In this document: positions 1 through 9,107 of the stretch, in pieces
Layout of the letters: the number at the start of each line of letters is the position of its first letter
How positions within the stretch are numbered: position 1 is the first letter of the stretch
Source of the DNA: a virus
Direction: 5' to 3' (one strand)
DNA: 64,000 nucleotides
IMG/VR virus record: IMGVR_UViG_3300029906_000002
Location: 1-64,000 of that record
Notes under the pieces: model-generated
What the model was told of the DNA's origin: nothing
The model's input: the letters and a program-made list of their open reading frames with translations, nothing else
Database searches by the model: none
Position numbers and translations under genes: made by a program

Positions 1-18
1 AAGAAAAGAAAAAGTTAA

Positions 19-411
19 ATGGATACGTTGACATTGCTCGCATCTATAATATCGGCAGCATCGGTTCTGACGTCGATTTTGGTAGCGTTTGTTTTTGTGA
101 GAATAGCGGATATCGCTGGGTCGCAAAGACAGATAAAACAAAGCATCGAGGAAATGGCCAAGCAGATAGAAGAGATCTATTCGATGGCTCTCTACATATA
201 CTATAATCGAAAGCTGCTTGATCCAATCGAGTTCGCCTCAATGGTTGAGGATATGCAGAACCGCGTAGAAAGAGTGATTGAGAATGAAGATTATGAGATA
301 GCTTCAGAAATGAAGAAATCCATAGAGATGCTGATGCGGGAATTCAAAGAAAACAATCCTAACGTAGAATTCAGATCTATTAAAACAAGACCGTACGATG
401 ATGAAGAGTAG
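19..411 (+). CDS. Membrane-anchored protein with UVR (UvrB/UvrC-type) coiled-coil motif
   Basis: N-terminal hydrophobic helix (LTLLASIISAASVLTSILVAFVFV); C-terminal IENEDYEIASEMKKSI resembles the UVR motif. Confidence 0.55.
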   Translation: MDTLTLLASIISAASVLTSILVAFVFVRIADIAGSQRQIKQSIEEMAKQIEEIYSMALYIYYNRKLLDPIEFASMVEDMQNRVERVIENEDYEIASEMKKSIEMLMREFKENNPNVEFRSIKTRPYDDEE

Positions 412-1180
412 TAAAAAAGATACAAAACCCGTAAGACGTTCGTTGTATGCCATTACGAATGACATCAATGAAATCTATAATAAGATTGAAGAAGCAGACG
501 GGGAGATTACCCCGGAGATAGAAGATGAGCTTGCCATTCGCCAAGACGAGTTTGCCGAGAAAGCGGAAGGCTATGCGAACTTCATTAAATCCAAGAAGTC
601 GTACATTACCGAATGTAAGGAAGAAGAGAACCGTATCAAGAACATCAGAAAGGTTACTGAGAACATTATAGAGCGTGTCTCCTCCTCGCTTGCCAAGGCT
701 ATTGATGAGTTTGGCGATACCAATTCATCAGGCAACCATTTCATAGAAACCAAGTTCATGAAGATAACATCCACGCCTTCTCGGTCTATGGAGATTGATA
801 CGGCTATTTTGGATGCTATCGTGAGCAGCGTGATCGACTTTGCTTCTGCGAATATGCGCGAGGACAAGATGGATGACCTGTTCAATGATCCCGATGAATA
901 TCTGGTAAAGACAACAGATCATGTCAATGATGATATTGAGGACAGGTTTGGTCGCCGTGTATCATACGAGGACATCGCTTTGATTCCCGTATCGGTAACA
1001 CTGAACGTCCGCCTTGTAGACTTATTGATGGATCAACCGTTGCTTGAATCCGTTTTGGCTTCTGAGGATTCCGTTATCAAGCAGAATGCTTCGGCTTCCT
1101 ACATCAAAGGACTATCTGAGGAAGGCGTTGAGTTTCCGTTTGCAAAGCGGTCCGACAAAAAGAATCTATTGATTAAGTAA
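398..1180 (+). CDS. Siphovirus Gp157-like protein
   Basis: SLYAITNDI...EEADGEITPEIEDELAI...EKAEGY...KEEENRIK pattern typical of the Gp157 family; 260-aa ORF. Confidence 0.7.
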   Translation: MMKSSKKDTKPVRRSLYAITNDINEIYNKIEEADGEITPEIEDELAIRQDEFAEKAEGYANFIKSKKSYITECKEEENRIKNIRKVTENIIERVSSSLAKAIDEFGDTNSSGNHFIETKFMKITSTPSRSMEIDTAILDAIVSSVIDFASANMREDKMDDLFNDPDEYLVKTTDHVNDDIEDRFGRRVSYEDIALIPVSVTLNVRLVDLLMDQPLLESVLASEDSVIKQNASASYIKGLSEEGVEFPFAKRSDKKNLLIK

Positions 1181-1211
1181 TACCATACTTTGTTTCGGGT
1201 TTTAATTTCTT

Positions 1212-1241
1212 GTGGCGCGAATTGATGATGCGCCACTTTTT
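1212..1241 (+). terminator. Intrinsic terminator
   Basis: GTGGCGC / GCGCCAC stem followed by TTTTT, just after the Gp157-like gene. Confidence 0.65.
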
Positions 1242-1263
1242 ATTAATCTTAAAATAATTGACA

Positions 1264-1626
1264 ATGATGGAGAAGGAAGTGTTTGTAAAAATAACCCCTG
1301 TTATCATAGAGAAAACAGAAAACGGGTATCTGGTTACGATCAATGGAAAATCCAAGGAGGTCAGCGAGGAGGAGTACAACAACACTTACTCAAAGATGGT
1401 AAAGGGTACTTCATTACTCGGAGGAATAAGAGGTTCAATCTACACTACAGTAGGCACTTATCAAAAACTGAAGGATACCAATCCAGACAAGCTTAGCGAT
1501 GAGGATAGAATCAAATACGAATCCAAAATGAAGCGTGCTCCAGAAATACTATTGGAAGTAGAAAAGTTGAAGCGTGTAAGAAACAAACTGTATGAAATTA
1601 TCTACGATAGTAATAAGGAGAAGTAA
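1264..1626 (+). CDS. Hypothetical phage protein
   Basis: ~120-aa ORF, A-rich upstream region, tightly packed with neighbours. Confidence 0.7.
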   Translation: MMEKEVFVKITPVIIEKTENGYLVTINGKSKEVSEEEYNNTYSKMVKGTSLLGGIRGSIYTTVGTYQKLKDTNPDKLSDEDRIKYESKMKRAPEILLEVEKLKRVRNKLYEIIYDSNKEK

Positions 1627-1813
1627 GAATCTTGATATAAAGACAATTACAAACGTGATAGACAATTCTGAATTCCCGTTTGGAGTAAAAACTTGCAAGG
1701 ATGATTTAATTATTACAGTTGCAGACAATACAGGACGAACTATCCGTTTGGATACGAACGATAATTTAAAGGTAAACTTAAACAATTTCTTGAATGGTAA
1801 AAAGAATGACTAA
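1592..1813 (+). CDS. Hypothetical protein
   Basis: 73-aa ORF overlapping both neighbours. Confidence 0.6.
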   Translation: MKLSTIVIRRSKNLDIKTITNVIDNSEFPFGVKTCKDDLIITVADNTGRTIRLDTNDNLKVNLNNFLNGKKND

Positions 1814-2147
1814 AACAACTGTAGAGAATCAGAAAGAAAGCAGCAAGGAGTTTGAGGCTTCAGTAATAACAATCAAAGAGAAGTTGACTATTAAGGTAAA
1901 GAAACTCGTTCCTGAAGCTCAACTACCCAAATACATGACCTTTGATGAAGACGGAATGGTACCGACAGCTATCGGTATGGATGTGACGGCAATAAGCGCA
2001 GAATGGCGTGACGACATCAAGACATGGGTGTATGGCACAGGTCTTGCTTTCGAGGTACCGCTTGGCTACGGCATGGTGATTACTCCAAGAAGCTCGAACA
2101 GAAAGACTGATTACTATATCCCCAACAGTCCTGGTTTGTTAGACCCT
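1806..2147 (+). CDS. dut: Trimeric dUTPase, exon 1
   Basis: Motif I (AIGMDV), GTGLAFEVP, motif II (PRSS), start of motif III (NSPGLLDP); interrupted at the predicted 5' splice site U2147. Confidence 0.85.
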
Positions 2148-2171
2148 AAAAAATATTAAACCAATAATATA

Positions 2172-2204
2172 ATTGACTACTATCTAAAAAACCTGTTATA
2201 TTTG
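2172..2204 (+). promoter_or_regulatory. Bacteroidota-type promoter inside the intron for the HNH gene
   Basis: -7 element TATATTTG (2197-2204) with ATTG 21 nt upstream; lies 25 nt before the HNH ATG. Confidence 0.6.
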
Positions 2205-2229
2205 TAGCTGAATTCTAAATGCTATAAAT

Positions 2230-2973
2230 ATGAAAAAGAAATTAGAAACTGACTATAAACTTAGAGTATGTAAACAATGTGGAAAAGAATTCCGTGTTCC
2301 AGATTACTATGGTAAAGGATTATTTTGCTCACATAAATGCTCATCAGACTATAAGAAAGGAAAACTTAATGCAGTCTGCGCTGTATGTGGTAAAAAGTTT
2401 CATGTAAAACCAAGAGTAATCAAACGGAGTAAAACCGGAAAAATTACTTGCTCTTATGAATGTGCAGGAAAATTTAGGTCAATGTATTTCACTGGAAATA
2501 AAAACGGTAATTATAGAGAATATACTTTATCCTATTATACTAACGGACAAAATAAAAATAAATACTGTTTTATTAAAATACATGGACATCCATTTGCAAG
2601 AACTTGTAAACGAGAAAAAGATTTATATCCATATCATAAATACATGGTCGAACAATATTATTTTATGTTTAACGAAAAATATTTTATTGAGTTAGACGGA
2701 AAATTTTATTTAAAACCTAAAGGAGTATGTGTTCATCATATTAATATGAATACACTTGATAATAGGATAGAAAATTTAATTCCCGTTACAAACGGAGAGC
2801 ACACAAAAATACATAATCTATTAAGATCTAATAAAACAGAAGAAGTAGTTGAATATATTAAAAAATCTGGGGTCTTTAAAGAGGGTGAATTGCTGGAAAA
2901 GCATATCAATAGTGCCAATCAGCAGCCAAGCCAACCTTTAACAAAGTTGGAAGGTTCAACGACTAACGCTTGA
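2230..2973 (+). CDS. Intron-encoded HNH homing endonuclease with N-terminal zinc fingers
   Basis: Two CxxC...CSxxC zinc-finger repeats; VHHINMNTLDNRIENL...EHTKIH HNH motif; AT-rich; the ORF runs through the IGS and ribozyme core. Confidence 0.9.
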   Translation: MKKKLETDYKLRVCKQCGKEFRVPDYYGKGLFCSHKCSSDYKKGKLNAVCAVCGKKFHVKPRVIKRSKTGKITCSYECAGKFRSMYFTGNKNGNYREYTLSYYTNGQNKNKYCFIKIHGHPFARTCKREKDLYPYHKYMVEQYYFMFNEKYFIELDGKFYLKPKGVCVHHINMNTLDNRIENLIPVTNGEHTKIHNLLRSNKTEEVVEYIKKSGVFKEGELLEKHINSANQQPSQPLTKLEGSTTNA

Positions 2974-2982
2974 AACTAAAAT

Positions 2983-3061
2983 AGGGTAAGAGGAGAATAC
3001 AGGTAAACTTGCACTGCGCTCATTACGCATGAGAGAGTTGGTTCAAATCCAACTGACCCTA
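2983..3061 (+). tRNA. tRNA-Met(CAT)-like cloverleaf, probably degenerate, nested inside the group I intron
   Basis: Acceptor AGGGTAA/TGACCCT (6/7 pairs); D arm GAG-AATACAGGTAAA-CTT with GG; anticodon arm TGCG-CTCATTA-CGCA; perfect T arm GTTGG-TTCAAAT-CCAAC. Deviations: G8, U37, 4-bp anticodon stem, no CCA. Confidence 0.6.
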
Positions 3062-3195
3062 CTTTTAGAATATAATAGCGACACGAGTGCCCTCCATTCT
3101 ATTAAGAATGATGATATAGTCTGAACTGTATAAATAATATTGATTATATGAAAATACAGAATTTAAGGATAAAGAGCCTTAAAGTTAACAAATTG

Positions 3196-3513
3196 GGATA
3201 TGGTAAGGAGTTATTTGTCAATTTCAAGCATCGCGGAATGGAGGATGACCACAAGCTGATTGCTGAGCTTACCGAGAAAATGAAGGCTATTGAAACGGCT
3301 GTGGTTAACCGTTTTCAATCGGGATTCATGGCTGCACAGCTTCGCAGCATAAGTAGAAAGTATGAGGATGCTAATTGCATACCGAATCCTCCGTATGAGA
3401 TTGGTGACCGTATTGCGCAGATATTTATCATTTCTTATCCGATTGTGGAATTTATCGAGGTTGACGAAGTAAAGGACACAAGAGGTGGATTCGGGTCAAC
3501 TGGCAGCAAATGA
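3196..3513 (+). CDS. dut: Trimeric dUTPase, exon 2
   Basis: Completes motif III (GYGKELFVNF); motif IV GDRIAQ; motif V RGGFGSTG. Confidence 0.85.
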   Translation, partial: GYGKELFVNFKHRGMEDDHKLIAELTEKMKAIETAVVNRFQSGFMAAQLRSISRKYEDANCIPNPPYEIGDRIAQIFIISYPIVEFIEVDEVKDTRGGFGSTGSK

Positions 3514-3514
3514 C

Positions 3515-3718
3515 ATGGAACCGAGATATATTATCATTCTTGATTACTCTTGCGGAGAGGTGATTAAGATTAGGCTGACTGATGAGCAACTGAAAGAATC
3601 AGAAAACTATCCTGATTTTGAATCTTACTTGTCAACACTTGAAAAGGAATACGAATTCAGATTAAAGGATTGTTGCTGGATGTGTTGCGAGAGCCTGATT
3701 GAAAGGAGTTTTCTATGA
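3515..3718 (+). CDS. Hypothetical protein
   Basis: 67-aa ORF from ATG 3515; ATGA overlap with the next gene. Confidence 0.65.
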   Translation: MEPRYIIILDYSCGEVIKIRLTDEQLKESENYPDFESYLSTLEKEYEFRLKDCCWMCCESLIERSFL

Positions 3719-4536
3719 TTATCGACATAACTAATAACTGTGACATGCAATGTCCGCATTGCATGCAGCGTAGCGAGCCTGGTAATCACTTGATGATGGA
3801 TATGGCTACCTTCATACTTGCTGTTAACTTTGCGAATAACTTAAAAGCAACGGTTATCATGTTATCTGGTGGAGAGCCTACACTGCATCCTCAACTGCGC
3901 ACATTTGTAGAAATTCTACAAGGAAGCAAGGAAGAGTTTCCGACAAGGGTTGTTTTTCTGCTTAGTAATGGTTCATTTCTGCTTGATGATAACAAAAGAG
4001 AAACCATAAGAAAATTGATAATCGATAAGAAACTGAATGGTATCCAGATAACTTCCGTTCCAAGATTATACAAGAACTGGAAGGATGTTCATGAGGAATA
4101 CAAGCAACATAAAGATGAATTCAAAGGAAAGATCATGTTGTTTTCCGATGATATCACCCGAATGAAAGACCTTGGTAGGGCGCATGATAATAGGGATATG
4201 TTCAGAGATGATTTCGATAATTCGCTTTATCCGTCATGCTTCAACGGATTCTCCATCATCAAGCAATCCGGAACGATAGATGATTTCGATGACACATCCA
4301 TTTATATGCAAAGATTCTGTTCACCTGTTGTAGATTACAAAGGTTACATACATGTTTCTGAATCTGTATGCTGTCCGTCATTTGGTCATGTTTATGGTTG
4401 CGTGTACGACAATGGCAAGAGTATGTTCGACAAGATGAAGAACGGAAAGCCTTGTGGAAAATGCTACAATTATAAGAAGTTCATGCAGCGCAATGACAGA
4501 CGTGCATTGTTAATTAAGAAAATGTTGCATATATGA
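3715..4536 (+). CDS. Radical SAM protein with Cys-rich C-terminus
   Basis: CDMQCPHC (CxxxCxxC), LSGGEPTLHP, LSNG motifs; extra C-terminal cysteines. Confidence 0.9.
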   Translation: MIIDITNNCDMQCPHCMQRSEPGNHLMMDMATFILAVNFANNLKATVIMLSGGEPTLHPQLRTFVEILQGSKEEFPTRVVFLLSNGSFLLDDNKRETIRKLIIDKKLNGIQITSVPRLYKNWKDVHEEYKQHKDEFKGKIMLFSDDITRMKDLGRAHDNRDMFRDDFDNSLYPSCFNGFSIIKQSGTIDDFDDTSIYMQRFCSPVVDYKGYIHVSESVCCPSFGHVYGCVYDNGKSMFDKMKNGKPCGKCYNYKKFMQRNDRRALLIKKMLHI

Positions 4537-4811
4537 AGATAGGAGTTTTATTTCAATACGAACCCAGAGTGGTGTTTATTGAGGCACCAGACGCATTGTC
4601 CGATGATGATGCAATAAACCTTGCCTATAAACATTACTCTGTTGAGAACGTAGCTTGCATTAATGTTTATCGGGGTAATCTCTGTGCTGACATTAGTATG
4701 AAGGATGCAAAAGGCAATGATGATTTCAATGCTATTTTCAATATAAGCATCAATGATTGCCCGATTAAATCACTATTAAAGAAAAAGAAAACCAATAAAT
4801 CAAATTTATAA
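4533..4811 (+). CDS. Hypothetical protein
   Basis: 92-aa ORF, ATGA-coupled to the radical SAM gene. Confidence 0.6.
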   Translation: MKIGVLFQYEPRVVFIEAPDALSDDDAINLAYKHYSVENVACINVYRGNLCADISMKDAKGNDDFNAIFNISINDCPIKSLLKKKKTNKSNL

Positions 4812-4814
4812 GTT

Positions 4815-5249
4815 ATGAAGATTGTAAACAAACTTACCGGCAAGGAACACGTAGTAACCAAGATTACTTCCAATGGTATCTTGACCGAGGATGGTCAGAA
4901 TTTCAACATGTTTGCTATTGCTAATGGCAACGTACAGATTGTTGATGATGAGAATAACGAGAACGACCCACTTATCCATCAGTTCATGGAAATGATGGCA
5001 AACGTAGCCAAGAAGCAAGCCAAAGAAGGTATTGATAAAATCAAGGAAGACCCTGAGAAGTTTAAAGAGTTCAAGAGCATTGCCGTAAAAACTATCTGCG
5101 CCCTCATTACATCTTCATCAACAGCAGAGGTTCTGTCTGGTGGTAAGGCGCGTGTGTCTGTCAATGGTCTTGTTGAGGCCGGATTCAACTACGCTAAATT
5201 AATTATGGAGAAATTCGAGGAGCTTGAAAACGATGGAGAAAGAGAATGA
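4815..5249 (+). CDS. Hypothetical protein
   Basis: 144-aa ORF with host-like codon usage. Confidence 0.7.
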   Translation: MKIVNKLTGKEHVVTKITSNGILTEDGQNFNMFAIANGNVQIVDDENNENDPLIHQFMEMMANVAKKQAKEGIDKIKEDPEKFKEFKSIAVKTICALITSSSTAEVLSGGKARVSVNGLVEAGFNYAKLIMEKFEELENDGERE

Positions 5250-5703
5250 TATAGCTGCCAGCATAGCTTCCGATAATAGCAAACGTGGGCGATTTGTAAA
5301 GATTGTACTTGATACACTTCCTGATGATATGCCTATCGCAGAGGCTGCCAGTATAGCCAACAAGGTAGCTGATTCATTCATGTTTGACGAACCTGAAGAT
5401 GCTATCAAGAATGATCGTAAGGACCATAAATTAATGTGGGAACTACTGCCGCTTGACGTCATTGAGGAAGCTGTCAGAGTGTACACGTATGGAGCACAAA
5501 AGTATGCTCCAAATTCCTGGCAGAATCTCCCTGATGGTTACAATCGCTACAAGGCAGCACTACTTAGGCACCTTACGCTGATTGACCAAGGCAAGCACTT
5601 TGATGAGGAATCAGGTCTTCTGCACGCCTCGCAAGTGCTTTGGAACGCCATAGCCCTATGCTACTTTGAGATGCAACAATTTGGCAAAGGTTCCATTAAA
5701 TAA
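5233..5703 (+). CDS. dATP/dGTP diphosphohydrolase-like (DUF5664-type) protein
   Basis: KNDRKDHKLMWELLP...VYTYGAQKYAPNSW...YKAALLRHL...DEESGLLHASQVLWNA signature. Confidence 0.8.
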   Translation: MEKENDIAASIASDNSKRGRFVKIVLDTLPDDMPIAEAASIANKVADSFMFDEPEDAIKNDRKDHKLMWELLPLDVIEEAVRVYTYGAQKYAPNSWQNLPDGYNRYKAALLRHLTLIDQGKHFDEESGLLHASQVLWNAIALCYFEMQQFGKGSIK

Positions 5704-5717
5704 TTGTTTTTAGTTAC

Positions 5718-5747
5718 AGAGGTTGGTAATGTTGCCAACCTCTTTTT
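5718..5747 (+). terminator. Intrinsic terminator
   Basis: AGAGGTTGGTAA / TTGCCAACCTCT stem plus T run. Confidence 0.65.
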
Positions 5748-5760
5748 AATTTACAACCAA

Positions 5761-6474
5761 ATGAATCCGAGCAAAGAAAAACTTATATACGCCCAAAAAG
5801 AAGGCACCATCAATCGCATAAAGAAATTGTCTGCCGCCCTTCATTTGCTGATGTGCGAATCAAGCACCATATTCCAAGAGCTTACCGATTTATTGGAAAG
5901 AAACAACATGATGATAGGCTTATCCAAAAGATATGCCAATGGAGTGTTGTACAATAGCGATATGTTCTTTAGGGAATTCAGCAAGATGATTAAAGACGAT
6001 GTATCCAAGATGAATGTATTCAAGGATATTGACACCTTTGATAAGAAGTTCAGAGACTTCACGGGGGTACAAACAGGATTTCTGCCATTTCCGAAAGACA
6101 AGCTCATTGAGGATGGAACAGTTACCGGCGATTGGCTCGTAAACAAGATAAAGGAGATTTACGATAACGAGAAGCTCGTCTTCTTTGGATGGATGAACGA
6201 AGACGAGTTTGACCGCATACTCACCGTTGAATCTGTTAGACGTGTGAACAAGTGTATGAAAATCATATCCAGCAACTACAACATAGATATCAACAAGATA
6301 TACGACATTATTCGCCAGAAAACGCCAGACAACGAGAATGTGATATATCTTGATGTTGCAGCTTCATACGTCAGAGATAAGATAATAGACTGGTGCAACG
6401 AAATAAGAAGTCGGTCGTTTCCTGAAGTAGTTAATGAAAGCAATAATGTTGCTGATGAGAAAGTAAAAGAGTAA
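5761..6474 (+). CDS. Hypothetical protein
   Basis: ORF from ATG 5761; the upstream TTG start would overlap the terminator. Confidence 0.7.
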   Translation: MNPSKEKLIYAQKEGTINRIKKLSAALHLLMCESSTIFQELTDLLERNNMMIGLSKRYANGVLYNSDMFFREFSKMIKDDVSKMNVFKDIDTFDKKFRDFTGVQTGFLPFPKDKLIEDGTVTGDWLVNKIKEIYDNEKLVFFGWMNEDEFDRILTVESVRRVNKCMKIISSNYNIDINKIYDIIRQKTPDNENVIYLDVAASYVRDKIIDWCNEIRSRSFPEVVNESNNVADEKVKE

Positions 6475-6502
6475 GTTTGTAACCAAATCAAATCAAATCA
6501 AC

Positions 6503-7330
6503 ATGGAAACTATAAACCTCAATTTGTACGCTGACACAAGACTGTGCTATGTCGAGAAAGGTGACGCATACTTCACAAAGTTGCCTCTCGACAAGGTATG
6601 GGGTGACGACTGGGATGACGCGCCATACGAATGCAATGCAGGCTCGCCATACGATTACGACCTCATCCTGCATATAACGGAAGAATACCTGCGAGAGCCT
6701 TGCTTTTGGCATTATAACAGCCCCTATTCGGTTAAATCAATCAATGCCGGGGCAGTAGCCTGGTTGACTGATAGAGAAAATATATCAATAAATGCAGGCG
6801 TATCTCCGCAAGAATTCATAGAGCTTGTACACAAGGCTGGTGACAAGGTGTTTGTGCCTCTGTCTAATGAGCAGTATAACAATATTGAACCCTACATTAT
6901 TCCGTTTGTCATACCTTCAACACAAGGACTGATTGACGCTGACGCCAGATTGTTGAAAGAAAACGGTGTTGATTATAACGGCAATCCGTTCTTTAGAGGA
7001 GCTTACAATGGCTACTTAGCTATTCGTAAGGATATTTGGAATAAGGTATATAAGGACGTTGACTTGTATGAAAATATCCCACAACCTCATGGAGGAATAA
7101 CCTGGGATTCAGACGGAGAAACCCATTGCTTTGCTGACCAAGCCAAGCTCTTCATTGAAACCGAACCGGTATCCGTAAAGAATCGTATGATTATCGGATT
7201 TGACACGGCACATCATGGAGATACATTCATGAAGTGGTTGAAAGAAGATGTGATTAAGGAAACTCTTCGATGGAAAGAAGAAGTATTGAATAATATTAAC
7301 AAAAAACTTAAAAAGAATGGAGATAAGTAA
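6503..7330 (+). CDS. Two-domain hypothetical phage protein (WGDDWDDAPY domain + HGGIT...GFDTAH domain)
   Basis: Both motifs are recurrent small phage domains; 275-aa ORF. Confidence 0.7.
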   Translation: METINLNLYADTRLCYVEKGDAYFTKLPLDKVWGDDWDDAPYECNAGSPYDYDLILHITEEYLREPCFWHYNSPYSVKSINAGAVAWLTDRENISINAGVSPQEFIELVHKAGDKVFVPLSNEQYNNIEPYIIPFVIPSTQGLIDADARLLKENGVDYNGNPFFRGAYNGYLAIRKDIWNKVYKDVDLYENIPQPHGGITWDSDGETHCFADQAKLFIETEPVSVKNRMIIGFDTAHHGDTFMKWLKEDVIKETLRWKEEVLNNINKKLKKNGDK

Positions 7331-7961
7331 CAAACCTATCGGTTCAAAAATCTACGTTAATGGATTACCATATATCATCAGCAAGCCTACTTGCGATAGT
7401 AATAATCGTTGTGCCGAATGCGATTTACAGCATGGTAAATGTGTTTCACATGGCGTAAAGTGCGTAACCTGCGCTGGGAATTTAAGGGCAGATGGAGAAG
7501 ACGTAGTTTTTAAGATTGATGATAGTCAATATGAAGAAATCAAGAAATTCCTGCTTGAAGAGCAGTATAATAGAAATGATGTAGACGTAAAGACTAAATC
7601 CGGTTACAGCGTCCGTATCCTTTGCAACAATGCTATGGATGACCCAGATTTTCCTGTTATCGCTTTGGTGAAGTTTGAAGAGAATGAATCCCTTGAACGA
7701 TACACTATCTACGGCAAATACAAGGAATCAAATGAGAAGGACGAGAATGATGACGAGCGTCTTTATGGTTACATGGACCTCGTGTTGCGTCCAAGGGAGA
7801 AATGTAAATGGATAAACATTTACAGCAGACTTGGCATTGACATTACTGATGGTATCTTCTATGAAACTAAGGAAGAGGCTATGGCGTCTGCATTGAAAGA
7901 CAATTCAACTATCAGTTATATTGGAGCTGCAAAACTTACGTATGACAAAGGAGACTATTGA
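7317..7961 (+). CDS. Hypothetical protein, Cys-rich N-domain + T(R/K)xGxxxRI(L/I)C domain (paralog family)
   Basis: CAECDL...C...CVTC; VKTKSGYSVRILC...FPVIALV. Confidence 0.7.
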   Translation: MEISNKPIGSKIYVNGLPYIISKPTCDSNNRCAECDLQHGKCVSHGVKCVTCAGNLRADGEDVVFKIDDSQYEEIKKFLLEEQYNRNDVDVKTKSGYSVRILCNNAMDDPDFPVIALVKFEENESLERYTIYGKYKESNEKDENDDERLYGYMDLVLRPREKCKWINIYSRLGIDITDGIFYETKEEAMASALKDNSTISYIGAAKLTYDKGDY

Positions 7962-8541
7962 ATCAAAAAATGAGGAGATTAGAAAACTGAATCGAATCAT
8001 TGAGGATTTCAAAAAGTATGACAATAAACGAAAAGAATACTACAAAAATGCTATGATTCGTCTCGGCGAGCTTGAGAGTATCCTTTCCGAGTTTAAGGAC
8101 GGCGATAGTCATGTGCAATATCTGCTTAACAAAGTCCAAGAACAACGTCGTCAGCTTGGAATCCTTAATACCAAATTGGCTGCAATAGCAATAAACCCAC
8201 CTAATCTTACCGATGAGGAATTAAAGACATACGTGAACAAAAAGAAACTACTTGATGAGGTAGCCATGATGAAAAAGATTATCGAAGGCTATAAACGGGC
8301 TATATCAATAGGTAGTGTTGTTTCCTCGAAAAGATTATGGGTAACACGAGATAAAGATGGATCATTATTTATGTTCGACAAAAAACCACACAAGGACAAA
8401 AAAGGTTCATGGATATTAGACGAACAACCCTATTGTTCAATAATACTCCCAAGGGAATGGTTCAATAGTGTTAAGTGGGAAGACGAGGAGCCAAGAAGAT
8501 TGTCGCTTGCTTTATTGGTTCAAGATAGTGTAAACAAATAA
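7942..8541 (+). CDS. Coiled-coil protein fused to an RDxDG...KWEDEEP domain
   Basis: C-terminal WVTRDKDGSL...WFNSVKWEDEEPRRL, shared with 14093-14305. Confidence 0.7.
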   Translation: MTKETIESKNEEIRKLNRIIEDFKKYDNKRKEYYKNAMIRLGELESILSEFKDGDSHVQYLLNKVQEQRRQLGILNTKLAAIAINPPNLTDEELKTYVNKKKLLDEVAMMKKIIEGYKRAISIGSVVSSKRLWVTRDKDGSLFMFDKKPHKDKKGSWILDEQPYCSIILPREWFNSVKWEDEEPRRLSLALLVQDSVNK

Positions 8542-8546
8542 TTAAA

Positions 8547-9089
8547 ATGAGTAGCATGGAAACAGATAAAACAAATAGTAAAAACCCATTAGTGTTAGAT
8601 GTTACAGAAGTCATCTATGAAATAACAAAATGCACAACTATTATATCCGGCGAAGAGGTCAAAAAATATATCAGAGATAAGCTGGATACGCTCTGGAATA
8701 TCGCTTTTTCTAAAGGAGTTGAATCTGAAAAGATTAAGAACAATAGTTTTAGAATAACAGATTTCAATGTTGATGCTGCCGAACAAGGAGAAACCGTGCG
8801 AACAAGAGGAGGATTGCCGGTTAGGATTCTTTGTTATGACGCAAAAGGTGATAAACCAATAGTAGCCATTATTGAAAACGAAAACGAAGACAAAGTTGTT
8901 CGTTATACTATAACAGGCAAAGTGGATAACTTTTCTGATGGCACTCCAAGACAAGACGACCTTGTTATCGTAAGAGCAAAGCATGAAGGATGGATGTTAA
9001 TGGATCAAGGACAAGCGTTATTCTCAAGCGAAGAAGTTGCGATCAAAAATAAAAGTCGCAATTTAATTGTCGCGCATGTTGAATGGTAA
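8547..9089 (+). CDS. Hypothetical protein, T(R/K)xGxxxRI(L/I)C paralog
   Basis: FNVDAAEQGETVRTRGGLPVRILCYD...PIVAII. Confidence 0.7.
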   Translation: MSSMETDKTNSKNPLVLDVTEVIYEITKCTTIISGEEVKKYIRDKLDTLWNIAFSKGVESEKIKNNSFRITDFNVDAAEQGETVRTRGGLPVRILCYDAKGDKPIVAIIENENEDKVVRYTITGKVDNFSDGTPRQDDLVIVRAKHEGWMLMDQGQALFSSEEVAIKNKSRNLIVAHVEW

Positions 9090-9107
9090 TAATTAATTAT
9101 TATAACT

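Larger units (their letters stand above)
2148..3195 (+). mobile_element. Group I intron (IA-like, P7 extension) in dUTPase, carrying an HNH endonuclease
   Basis: P1: exon AGACCCT (2141-2147) pairs with GGGGTCT (2869-2875), U.G at the splice site; P3 GAGGGT/GCCCTC; P GAATTGCTGGAAA; Q AATCAGCAGCCAAG; R GTTCAACGACTA; S ATATAGTCTGAACT; P7 GACTA/TAGTC; P8 CATTCT/AGAATG; terminal G3195; splicing restores GLLDP-GYGKE in frame. Confidence 0.9.

Noticed and set aside
3148-3195. Predicted N-terminus MKIQNLRIKSLKVNKL of the 3148-3513 ORF
   Set aside because: This is the intron P9 region; the coding part starts at 3196 after splicing.
6484-6501. CAAAT x3 microrepeat before a start codon
   Set aside because: Consistent with an A-rich Bacteroidota translation-initiation region; not evidently phase-variable.
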